Shown here: positions 47,778 through 56,346 of the stretch, piece after piece
How positions within the stretch are numbered: position 1 is the first letter of the stretch
Layout: each line of letters begins with the position of its first letter
Assembly (NCBI GenBank): GCA_026983835.1
Contig: JALSTH010000027.1
Location: forward strand, 10,433 to 74,432
Source of the DNA: Candidatus Zixiibacteriota bacterium
Lineage (GTDB): Bacteria > Zixibacteria > MSB-5A5 > UM-FILTER-46-8
DNA: 64,000 nt
Direction of reading: 5' to 3'
Made by a program: the position numbers and the translations under genes
Notes under the pieces: generated by a model
Seen by the model: the letters and a program-made list of their open reading frames with translations, nothing else
Database searches by the model: none
Told to the model about the DNA's origin: nothing

Positions 47778-48794
47778 ATGGATTATCAAATGCTTTTTAT
47801 TATAGGAATGCCTCGTTCCGGTACAACAATGTTAGAGCGGATATTGGAATCCCATTCGATGATTATGGGTGGGCCTGAGCCGCATCTTTTAACTCCATTA
47901 GCGCATTTGGGGTATTTCGATAAGGTCGACAAGGCGCCTTATGACCATATTCTTGCGGCTGAATCGCAAAAACTTTTCGTCTCTAATCTCCCGAATAAGG
48001 AGCGTGATTATATTGATGCCTGCCGCGCTTATTGTGATGTCCTTTACGGGCGAATGCTGTCCAAAACGGGGAAAAGCATTTATCTCGACAAAACACCCGC
48101 ATACGGATTAATCCTCCCCTTCTTGGAAAAGATTTATCCCGATGCAAAGTATATAGTTTTATCACGGCATCCGTTGGCGATATTTTCTTCTTTCGCTAAT
48201 TCATTTTTTGATGGGGACTATCAGACGGCTCAGCAGTATAACCCGATTCTAAACCGTTATATCCCGGTGATGACAAAATTCCTCCGTCAGGATAAGGTTC
48301 CTTTTATCCATGTTAAATATGAGGATTTGGTCAAGGATCCCGAAGTATGGGTTGGGAAAATATATGAATATATAGGAATTCCCTTCGAGAAGGAAACAAT
48401 CGACTATGGGAAGAAACAGCCTCAACCGGAAGCGAAAAAGGGATTGGGCGATCCCCTCGGCGTTGACAAGCATTCCAGGCCCACGACGAAGTCGATAAAA
48501 AAATGGGTCAATGAGCTTGCTTCCGATTCGTCGAAATTACAGCTGATGAAGAAGGTAATAAATCAAATTGATCCCGAAGATCTGAAAACTTTCGGCTATC
48601 CGCTCGACACCCTTTGGAAACCTCTTGAGGAGGGGGCGGGCAAAGCCATCGCTCCCAAAAAGAAAGGCTTTTCGGTATATTCTCTCCAGCGTAAAGCAAT
48701 AATAACTCTGCGCTCAAAGGCTCAAAAGGGCGGTATGTTCAGAAAAGTCCTGACAAAAACGAAATTGGCTTGCGATGTTCTTTTGAGGGAATAA
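47778..48794 (+). CDS. Sulfotransferase family protein (PAPS-dependent type)
   Basis: IIGMPRSGTTMLERIL 5'-PSB-like loop and VLSRHP 3'-PB-like motif. 338 aa, cytoplasmic. Confidence 0.75.
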   Translation: MDYQMLFIIGMPRSGTTMLERILESHSMIMGGPEPHLLTPLAHLGYFDKVDKAPYDHILAAESQKLFVSNLPNKERDYIDACRAYCDVLYGRMLSKTGKSIYLDKTPAYGLILPFLEKIYPDAKYIVLSRHPLAIFSSFANSFFDGDYQTAQQYNPILNRYIPVMTKFLRQDKVPFIHVKYEDLVKDPEVWVGKIYEYIGIPFEKETIDYGKKQPQPEAKKGLGDPLGVDKHSRPTTKSIKKWVNELASDSSKLQLMKKVINQIDPEDLKTFGYPLDTLWKPLEEGAGKAIAPKKKGFSVYSLQRKAIITLRSKAQKGGMFRKVLTKTKLACDVLLRE

Positions 48795-48828
48795 TGATTA
48801 AGGTCGATCTGTTTTTACAATTGGTTAT

Positions 48829-48856
48829 CGGCGGTTTATCCGCCGTTTTCTTTTTT
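48829..48856 (+). terminator. Rho-independent terminator after the sulfotransferase gene
   Basis: CGGCGG-TTTAT-CCGCCG followed by TTTTCTTTTTT. Confidence 0.6.
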
Positions 48857-48950
48857 AATAAAAGCAGTTATTCTCCATAAATTATAGGTGAGCTAATGCC
48901 CTTATTAAACTAATGCTAAATATTATCTGGTTAATTCGATGGGTTAATGC

Positions 48951-48979
48951 TTGCGAAAAATGGCTGTCGGGGTTATATT
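48951..48979 (+). promoter_or_regulatory. Candidate promoter for the histidine kinase gene
   Basis: TTGCGA (48951-48956), 17-nt spacer, TATATT (48974-48979). About 45 nt upstream of the ATG. Confidence 0.4.
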
Positions 48980-49025
48980 GTGAAAAGATTTACAAGCAAA
49001 CGGTGTTTAGGCGGATAATCCGATA

Positions 49026-50552
49026 ATGGGTGATTTTGGACCGAAGGAAAATAAGCGATTCAATGATGTTACCGGTTCCGTATTAACGGAAGCACAAATA
49101 AAAGCTACACGGGATGCGTTGATGAAGCGGCGCAGGGTGAGCATCCGCCTGTTGGTGATATTGGGTTTCCTTTTATCGTTTGTAATGACTTGCGGTATAA
49201 CTCTCGGGGCGGTCTCGTTCATTACTCATTTGGTAGGGAAGCAGGAATTTTTGGAAAAGGCTACGAATTTTGAATTTGAAATCCAGCAAGCCCGCCGTTA
49301 CGAGAAAGACTATTTTCTTTATGGCACTAATCTTTATGATGCCTTGGAACATACCCAGAATGCGGAAAATATCCTGAAAAATTTCGGCAGCCAAATGAGC
49401 GATGTCATAGGGAAGCGCTCTTTTAAGGATTTATCGTATAACCTTTCGCGTTATAAGGAATCGCTGGAAAGCATCCGAAAGCTGTCATCGAAAAGCGATT
49501 CGGCATCGATTAAAAGTCGTTTGGCGGAGGAGTCGGAAATCAGGAGTTTTGGATCGGCGATAGTGGCGAATGCATCTAATGTCATCGAACAGGAGCGACT
49601 TCAATTAAAGGCATGGCTTAAGATTTCGATTTTTGTTGCCTTGGCGGCTCTTGTCGTCCTTCTTATATTCGAAGCGTTGATGGCTTCCCTCATATTGCGA
49701 AAAATAATCCTCTCTTTTGGAAGTTTTGAGAAATACACAAAACGGATCGCCGGCGGCGATTTCTCTCCGATTACTCCGGCAAGGAAATACCGCGATGAAT
49801 TTACGAATTTGGCAATGGCGATAAATTCGATGTTGTTGGAGCTGAAAAAACGGGAAGAACAACTACTCCAATCGCGTAAAATGGCTGCTGTCGGTAACCT
49901 CACCGCCGGAATAGCTCACGAACTAAACAATCCTCTGAACAATATCAGCCTTACGGTTGAAGCTCTACTGGATGAGTTCGATGAGTGGAACAGGGATGAA
50001 AAGATAAGAATGCTGAATGATATTTTCACCCAAATCGAAAGGGTAAGCGGAACGGTTGCCAACCTTTTGGATTTCTCAAGGCGCGATGAGACTTCGTTTG
50101 AGGATTTGTCCGTAAATAAGGTTTTGGAAAAGACGCTTAAATTGGTATCGAATGAGATAAATATCAATAAAATAAAATTTGAAAAAAAGTTAGGGGAAAA
50201 CCTTCCGCTTATAAGGGGCAATAGGCATAATCTCCAGCAGGTTTTTTTGAATTTGCTTCTTAATGCCATACAAGCGATGCCCGATGGCGGTGAACTCGCA
50301 GTCGTGAGCTATTCGGATTATGATTGGGTTAAGGTCGATATAACCGATACGGGAATTGGGATACCGCAGGAAAATATCGAGAAACTATTCGAGCCGTTTT
50401 TCACGACAAAAGAAGTTGGAAAAGGAACCGGATTGGGGCTTTCGATCTGCTATGGAATCATAAAGAAGCACAACGGTGAAATCTCGGTAAAAAGTGAAAT
50501 TGGAAAAGGAAGCACATTTACCATAAAACTGCCTAAATTGGAAAAGATTTAG
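49026..50552 (+). CDS. Membrane sensor histidine kinase (extracytoplasmic loop, HAMP, HisKA, HATPase_c)
   Basis: Two TM segments flank a roughly 130-aa loop. H-box AGIAHELNNPLNNI, N-box NLLLNAIQAM, G-boxes DTGIGI and GTGLGLSI. Confidence 0.9.
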   Translation: MGDFGPKENKRFNDVTGSVLTEAQIKATRDALMKRRRVSIRLLVILGFLLSFVMTCGITLGAVSFITHLVGKQEFLEKATNFEFEIQQARRYEKDYFLYGTNLYDALEHTQNAENILKNFGSQMSDVIGKRSFKDLSYNLSRYKESLESIRKLSSKSDSASIKSRLAEESEIRSFGSAIVANASNVIEQERLQLKAWLKISIFVALAALVVLLIFEALMASLILRKIILSFGSFEKYTKRIAGGDFSPITPARKYRDEFTNLAMAINSMLLELKKREEQLLQSRKMAAVGNLTAGIAHELNNPLNNISLTVEALLDEFDEWNRDEKIRMLNDIFTQIERVSGTVANLLDFSRRDETSFEDLSVNKVLEKTLKLVSNEININKIKFEKKLGENLPLIRGNRHNLQQVFLNLLLNAIQAMPDGGELAVVSYSDYDWVKVDITDTGIGIPQENIEKLFEPFFTTKEVGKGTGLGLSICYGIIKKHNGEISVKSEIGKGSTFTIKLPKLEKI

Positions 50553-50703
50553 ATTGCGCAGGAGTCTTGATTTATATTGATATGTTGAATAGTTGTAAAT
50601 ATGTGTCTTTTGATTTGTAATCCGATTTGGGCTCGGAAAAGTTCTATAACAACAGTAGTGATTAAACCATAGGCTATTGATCGAATAACAAAAGAAGGAT
50701 AAA

Positions 50704-51636
50704 ATGAATCCATACATATTCATCCCTATTGCAGGTGTTAGTGTCCCGATTGTTTTGATTCTTGGGATGGGGCTTTTAGTTGGATTTTTATCGGGATTGT
50801 TTGGGGTCGGGGGTGGGTTTTTATTGACCCCTCTGTTAATAATGATAGGGATACCGCCGACTGTGGCGGCGGCTTCCGATTCAAACCAAATAGTTGCCGC
50901 TTCGACTTCGGGAACATTTGCGCATTGGAAATTGGGCAATGTCGATTTCAAAATGGGGTTGTTGCTTTTGGTCGGTGGTGTTGTCGGGGGGACATTTGGG
51001 GTACAATTAATAAAACTACTTCGCGCCACAGGTAATGCGGATTTCGTCATTAAGATTACTTATGTAATAATGCTTGGTGTAATCGGTTCGTATATGTTTC
51101 AGGAAAGCCTGCGGAACCTAAAGCACCGAGCCGTTTCTTATGCTCCCCGCGAGGCGATGGAGGCCGAATCCTTATTCGCCCGTATCAATAATCATCTCCC
51201 GCTGAAAATGGAATTTGAGAAATCAGGCGTTACCTTATCTCCCCTTATGCCTTTAATGCTCGGCATATTAGTGGGGGTGCTTTCGGCGTTGATGGGAGTT
51301 GGCGGTGGATTTATTATGGTCCCCGTGATGGTTTATATGCTCCGAATGCCTATGCATGTAGTTGTTGGCACAAGCCTTTTCCAAATCCTTTTTACCTGTA
51401 TCAATGTCACATTTATGCAATCGTATTACAATCATACCGTTGATTTGACTTTGGCTTTGATCCTCCTAGTCGGTTCCACGATAGGTGCTCAAATCGGGGC
51501 TAAAATCAGTTATAGGCTTAAGGCGGATCAACTTAAAATTATATTGGCATCGATTGTCCTGATAGTTATGATAAAAATGGCTTCGGAGCTTTTAATGCAC
51601 CCAAGCCTTATGCTGACACTTAAGAGCGGACATTAA
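50704..51636 (+). CDS. TauE/SafE (TSUP) family anion permease
   Basis: Duplicated 4-TM halves, each starting GxxSGLFGVGGGF / SALMGVGGGF. 310 aa. Confidence 0.85.
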   Translation: MNPYIFIPIAGVSVPIVLILGMGLLVGFLSGLFGVGGGFLLTPLLIMIGIPPTVAAASDSNQIVAASTSGTFAHWKLGNVDFKMGLLLLVGGVVGGTFGVQLIKLLRATGNADFVIKITYVIMLGVIGSYMFQESLRNLKHRAVSYAPREAMEAESLFARINNHLPLKMEFEKSGVTLSPLMPLMLGILVGVLSALMGVGGGFIMVPVMVYMLRMPMHVVVGTSLFQILFTCINVTFMQSYYNHTVDLTLALILLVGSTIGAQIGAKISYRLKADQLKIILASIVLIVMIKMASELLMHPSLMLTLKSGH

Positions 51637-52421
51637 TGATGAGATTACGCGTACCGATATTCCTTTTTACATCGTTGGTGACATTGTGGCTCCTCTGTTT
51701 TCCTATCGCAGTTGCCGAACCGATTTCGTTCGCCGTGGATGTCCGGCCATCGATTGTGAAGATCGACGCCTTTTTTAAGGGAGCGGATATTTTTGTTTCG
51801 GCGGATATTCCCAACTGTGATGGAGCAGTTGTCAAAATGGAAGGCAGGCCGACAGAGATATCCTTTAGCAAAAAGGGGAAAGTAGCATTCATTTGGATGA
51901 GTGTAGCGGAACTCAGCGTAAGGAATATTCCCGAAATTTATTTGATGGCGGTATCTGACGAGATTTCCAATTTCTGCTCCGATGAGAAATGCGCGGAGTT
52001 GAGAATAGGATATACGGCGTTGAAAAAGAATGCTGTTTTTGAAAGTGTTAAACCGCTTGATGGGACAGAGTTCGATGAATTCCTTAAATTTAAAAAGGAG
52101 AAAGGCGCATATAGAATAGACAGAGAAGCTTCAATTTCTCTATCTCCGTTGGGAAAAGCCAAGTTGAGTTCCATCCTGCATTTACCCCCGACCGTGTCCC
52201 CCGGTAATTATGATATTGAGGTTTATTGTTTTCAAAGTGATACCCTTATTGGGACAGGAAAATCGAAGATTACGATTGAAATGGTCGGCCTGCCGAAATT
52301 AATGACGGATTTGGCGTTTCAGCAGCCGGCGTTGCATGGTATTGTTGCTGTTATCATAGCTATGATAATAGGTATAATAATGGGATTTATTTTCAGTTCG
52401 AGAAGCGGCGGAGCACATTAA
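51636..52421 (+). CDS. Bitopic membrane/periplasmic protein, TIGR02186 (Alph_Pro_TM)-like
   Basis: Signal peptide, a roughly 200-aa exported domain and a single C-terminal TM (LHGIVAVIIAMIIGIIMGFIF). The start overlaps the TauE stop (TAATG). Family assignment is from memory of architecture and neighbourhood. Confidence 0.5.
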   Translation: MMRLRVPIFLFTSLVTLWLLCFPIAVAEPISFAVDVRPSIVKIDAFFKGADIFVSADIPNCDGAVVKMEGRPTEISFSKKGKVAFIWMSVAELSVRNIPEIYLMAVSDEISNFCSDEKCAELRIGYTALKKNAVFESVKPLDGTEFDEFLKFKKEKGAYRIDREASISLSPLGKAKLSSILHLPPTVSPGNYDIEVYCFQSDTLIGTGKSKITIEMVGLPKLMTDLAFQQPALHGIVAVIIAMIIGIIMGFIFSSRSGGAH

Positions 52422-52450
52422 CAAAACGGAGTTTAAGCGGTATAACTGTT

Positions 52451-52837
52451 ATGGATAGAAAAATCGAATTATTGGTTTTGGATGACGAAGAGATAGTCTG
52501 CGCTCGTTTGAAACCGATCTTGGAAAAAGCCGGTTATTCTGTGGAAACTTTCACCAAGAGCCTTGACGCTCAGAAGAGATTGGAGGAAAAAAGGTTCGAT
52601 ATTGTGGTTACGGATTTGAAGATGGCTGATATCGATGGGTTGGAGCTTTTTCGTTTCGCAAAGGATAGGTGGCCCGAAACGGAAGTAATTCTTATTTCCG
52701 GATTTGCCACAGTCGATATTACCAGAAAAGCCCTTCAATCCGGTGTTAGGGACATAATTCCCAAACCGTTTAAAATCGCCCAATTAAGGGAGCTTTTGGA
52801 CAAGATATCCACAGAGATAAAAGATCGTTCCAAATAA
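52451..52837 (+). CDS. Single-domain (CheY-like) response regulator
   Basis: LVLDDEE, DIVVTDLKMADIDG (phospho-acceptor Asp), ILISGF and PKPF motifs. 128 aa, no output domain. Confidence 0.9.
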   Translation: MDRKIELLVLDDEEIVCARLKPILEKAGYSVETFTKSLDAQKRLEEKRFDIVVTDLKMADIDGLELFRFAKDRWPETEVILISGFATVDITRKALQSGVRDIIPKPFKIAQLRELLDKISTEIKDRSK

Positions 52838-52872
52838 ATTTTAGCTCTCATTAAACTGTAAAGGAGCTTTTT

Positions 52873-53691
52873 ATGGCTATAATAACTATTTCCAGGGGTA
52901 CACTTAGCGGCGGCAAAATGTTAGCGAAAATGCTTTGTGAAAGGTTGGGATATGAATGTGTCAGCAGGGAGATAATAATAAAAGCCGCCGATGATTATGC
53001 GGTTCCGGAGGGAAAACTTTTTGAAGCCATCCAAAAGAACCCAAACATATTCCAGAAATTAACTTTTGAGAGAGAGCGCTATTTGGCTTATATACAGGCA
53101 AGTTTATGTGAATACGCCGTGAAGGACAACATCGTTTATCATGGACACGCCGGTCATTTTCTCCTCAGAGGGGTTGCCCATGTTTTAAGGATCAGGATAG
53201 TTGCCGACTTATCTTACCGCATCAAGGTGGCGATGGAACAATTGAATATGACCGAGAAAGAAGCTGAAAAGTATTTGGAAAAGGTGGATAGTGAGAGGAT
53301 TAAGTGGACTAAATTTCTATACGGCAAAGATTGGAGATCGCCGGACCTCTACGATCTCGTTTTCAACCTCGAACGGCTTGATTTGGAATGCGTTTGCGAC
53401 ATCGTCCAATGCGCGGTTAGCCTTCCCCAATTTAAGGCTACGCCGGAGTCAAAGAAAGCTATGTATGATTTGTTGATTAAAAGCAGAGTCCGAGCGGCGT
53501 TGGCACGGATATCGAAAATAAGGCTTGAGAAATTGGAAATTGAGGCTGATGATGGTAAGGTTGTTATTTCGGGAAGGACGAAATCCGAAGAGATATCCAA
53601 AGAAGTATCGGATATAATCTCGAAGATCCCGGGAGTAGTCAGCGTGGAAAATAAAGTTGAACTTGATTATCGGAATTTTCAAATAGAATGA
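52873..53691 (+). CDS. Cytidylate-kinase-like P-loop protein with a C-terminal BON domain
   Basis: N-terminal ITISRGTLSGGKMLAKML (Cytidylate_kin2-like). The C-terminal VVISGRTKSEEISKEVSDIISKIPGVVSVENKVEL fits the BON pattern. Confidence 0.65.
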   Translation: MAIITISRGTLSGGKMLAKMLCERLGYECVSREIIIKAADDYAVPEGKLFEAIQKNPNIFQKLTFERERYLAYIQASLCEYAVKDNIVYHGHAGHFLLRGVAHVLRIRIVADLSYRIKVAMEQLNMTEKEAEKYLEKVDSERIKWTKFLYGKDWRSPDLYDLVFNLERLDLECVCDIVQCAVSLPQFKATPESKKAMYDLLIKSRVRAALARISKIRLEKLEIEADDGKVVISGRTKSEEISKEVSDIISKIPGVVSVENKVELDYRNFQIE

Positions 53692-53723
53692 TAAGCCGAA
53701 TCCTATTTTGAAACAGTGCGAAA

Positions 53724-56279
53724 ATGTTTAATTTTCTCAAACGGAACCGCAGAGTAGAGCTGAATGATTTCAGGTTGATATTTGACAGGTTTCAGCAGAT
53801 ATTGGCGGGGAACAATGTAATTTTGGATTTAATCTCCCAGTTGGAGGATAAATTAAGCGGCGAATATATTTTCGATATCAATTACTTAAAGCAAACTACA
53901 AATGGACTCTTCGAGGAGATTGAGAGGATTGTATCAAACCTGAACTTAATCGCCGACAATAAATACAACGCATTATACACCCGTCAAGAACTGATAAGGA
54001 CGGAATTGGAAAACATATTAAACGGTAAGATAGGTTCTGAGGAGGATAGATTTGTCATTCCCTATGATGAAATAGATGCTGATTTAACCGAAATAGTGGG
54101 CGGGAAAAATGCCAACTTGGGGGAAGTCAGGAATCACCTTAAATTGCCTACGCCCGATGGTTTCGTCATAACGACATACGCTTACTACAGGTTTTTGGAA
54201 TACAATTCGCTGGTTCCACAAATCAGGAAGGTTTATGAGATATATGAAAATGGCAAAAAAGGGACCGCAAAACGATATAATAAGGCTATCGATGATATTT
54301 TTAAAAATGCGAAAATTCCTCCCGATCTGTTAAAGGCGATTTCAAAAGAGTTGAATAAATTCATAAAAAGGCGGAGGATAAAATCGGGGTTAGCCATAAG
54401 ATCCAGTGCGTACGGGGAGGATGAGGCTGGCCGAAGTTTTGCCGGGCAATTCGATACTTTTCTCAACTGTCGGCGCGAATCGGTATTACGGAGATATACG
54501 CAGGTTTTAGCCAGCCGTTTCAAATATCGGGCTGCCGTTTATAGTAAAACTATGATGGATTCCGAAATGGAATTGCCGATGGCTGTCGCTGTTCAGGAAA
54601 TGATAAAATCGAAATCCTCAGGTATAGTGCATACAATGGATCCATCAGGGGAATGTCTGGAGTGCCTTGCGATATCCTCCAATTTCGGTTTGGGCATTAA
54701 CATAGTTTCGGGAAAGGTTGACGCCGATTGCTTTAAGGTTTCCAAGCTTGGCCCAACAAATATAAAGGGAAAACGAATTTGTAAGAAGGAATTAAAGACG
54801 GTTGCCTATTTGGACGAGGGGGTTGAGGATGTTCCCTTGGAGGACAAGCTGAGAGACAAACCAAGCTTGGAAGACACGGAAGTGATAAAATTAGCGCAAA
54901 TATCCTTATTGTTGGAGAGATATTTCAATAAGCCTTTGGATATTGAATGGTGTACCGATGATAAGGGGGAGATATATATCCTCCAATGCCGTCCGGTGAA
55001 ACCTCCGGAAAAACCAAGCGCCCATCTGTCCAATTTGCGGGATGTTTTAGCTAAAAAAGAAATAATTATGAACGGTAAGGGGCACATAGCCCAAAGAGGG
55101 ATAGCTATTGGTAAAGTGTACAAAGTCGAAGAAGGTGATGACCCGGAAGATTTCCCTGTCGGGGCGATAGCCGTCGCAAAACATACGAGTCCCAGATTGA
55201 CCTCCATAATACGCCGAGCTTCCGGCATTCTCACCGATGTGGGGAGTTCGACCGGCCATATGGCAACTGTCGCCCGGGAATTCGGAGTGCCGATGATAGT
55301 GGATATGCATAATGCCACGGAGATATTGAAGGATGGGATGGAGATAACCGTTGATGCTGAGGAAAATGTAGTTTACAGGGGGATTGTCAAAGAACTCGTG
55401 GAATATGATATAGAAGCGGGGGATGTCTTTAGGGACCTAAAGGAATACGGAATATTAAGGCAGCTTTTGAGGCGAATCTCTCCTCTTTATTTAATCGATC
55501 CCAAAAGCCCCGACTTCAGAGCGGAGAATTGTCGCACATATCATGATTTAATCCGCTTTTGCCATGAGAAGGCGGTATATGAACTTATCAATCTTAATAT
55601 CTCATCAAGGCGTTTCAAGGGGATTAGAGCTAAAAATCTTGATATAGCTTTGCCCTTGGGTTTATCGATAATCGACATAGGCGGCGGATTATCCCGTGAT
55701 ATAAAACAGGATAAAATAACTTCGGTGGAGGATATTAATTCATTACCGATGAGGGCGATAATGAATGGTTTGACTTCCCCCGGAGTTTGGAGTACGGAAC
55801 CTATGCATCTCGGTTTTGGAGATTTTATTTCCAGTTTGACCCGCTATTCAATGACCGATAGAGCGGCTGAATATCAAGGGCAGAATTTAGCGGTTATTTC
55901 CGATAAGTATGTTAATTTGAGTTTAAGATTAGGCTATCATTTCAATGTTATAGATTCTTATGTTTCCGAGAGCATAAACGATAATTATATTTATTTCCGC
56001 TTTGTCGGCGGTGTAACCGAAACCGAAAGGCGTCATCTGAGGGCACTGCTGTTGAGTAAGATCTTGGAGAATCTTCATTTTAAGGTAGATGTCAGCGGGG
56101 ATTTGGTTGTAGGGAGACTAAAGAAAAGGGAGTTAAGCGATATTCTGGATATACTGAAGTATTTGGGGAAGCTTATCGGGTTCAGCCGTCAATTGGATAC
56201 TCAAATGCAAAATATGGATTCGGTACAGAGATATTTCGATCTATTCTTTTCCGATAATAATAACGATACTTCAAAATAA
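53724..56279 (+). CDS. PEP-utilising-enzyme family protein (PPDK_N ATP-grasp plus swivel phospho-His domain) with a non-canonical C-terminal domain
   Basis: GGKNANLGEVRN nucleotide-binding motif and GSSTGHMATVAREFGVPMIVD phospho-histidine swivel motif. The last roughly 300 aa do not show the PEP/pyruvate TIM-barrel motifs I know. Confidence 0.8.
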   Translation: MFNFLKRNRRVELNDFRLIFDRFQQILAGNNVILDLISQLEDKLSGEYIFDINYLKQTTNGLFEEIERIVSNLNLIADNKYNALYTRQELIRTELENILNGKIGSEEDRFVIPYDEIDADLTEIVGGKNANLGEVRNHLKLPTPDGFVITTYAYYRFLEYNSLVPQIRKVYEIYENGKKGTAKRYNKAIDDIFKNAKIPPDLLKAISKELNKFIKRRRIKSGLAIRSSAYGEDEAGRSFAGQFDTFLNCRRESVLRRYTQVLASRFKYRAAVYSKTMMDSEMELPMAVAVQEMIKSKSSGIVHTMDPSGECLECLAISSNFGLGINIVSGKVDADCFKVSKLGPTNIKGKRICKKELKTVAYLDEGVEDVPLEDKLRDKPSLEDTEVIKLAQISLLLERYFNKPLDIEWCTDDKGEIYILQCRPVKPPEKPSAHLSNLRDVLAKKEIIMNGKGHIAQRGIAIGKVYKVEEGDDPEDFPVGAIAVAKHTSPRLTSIIRRASGILTDVGSSTGHMATVAREFGVPMIVDMHNATEILKDGMEITVDAEENVVYRGIVKELVEYDIEAGDVFRDLKEYGILRQLLRRISPLYLIDPKSPDFRAENCRTYHDLIRFCHEKAVYELINLNISSRRFKGIRAKNLDIALPLGLSIIDIGGGLSRDIKQDKITSVEDINSLPMRAIMNGLTSPGVWSTEPMHLGFGDFISSLTRYSMTDRAAEYQGQNLAVISDKYVNLSLRLGYHFNVIDSYVSESINDNYIYFRFVGGVTETERRHLRALLLSKILENLHFKVDVSGDLVVGRLKKRELSDILDILKYLGKLIGFSRQLDTQMQNMDSVQRYFDLFFSDNNNDTSK

Positions 56280-56283
56280 AAAA

Positions 56284-56335
56284 CTCCCCCGAAAGCATCG
56301 ATTGGATTTCGATTTTTCAGGGGAGCTGTATTTTC
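56284..56335 (+). terminator. Possible terminator hairpin between the convergent PEP-enzyme and aminopeptidase genes
   Basis: CTCCCCCGAAA ... TTTCAGGGGAG (one mismatch) encloses an inner ATCGA/TCGAT stem and is followed by CTGTATTTTCTC. Confidence 0.4.
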
Positions 56336-56346
56336 TCAAGGGGATC

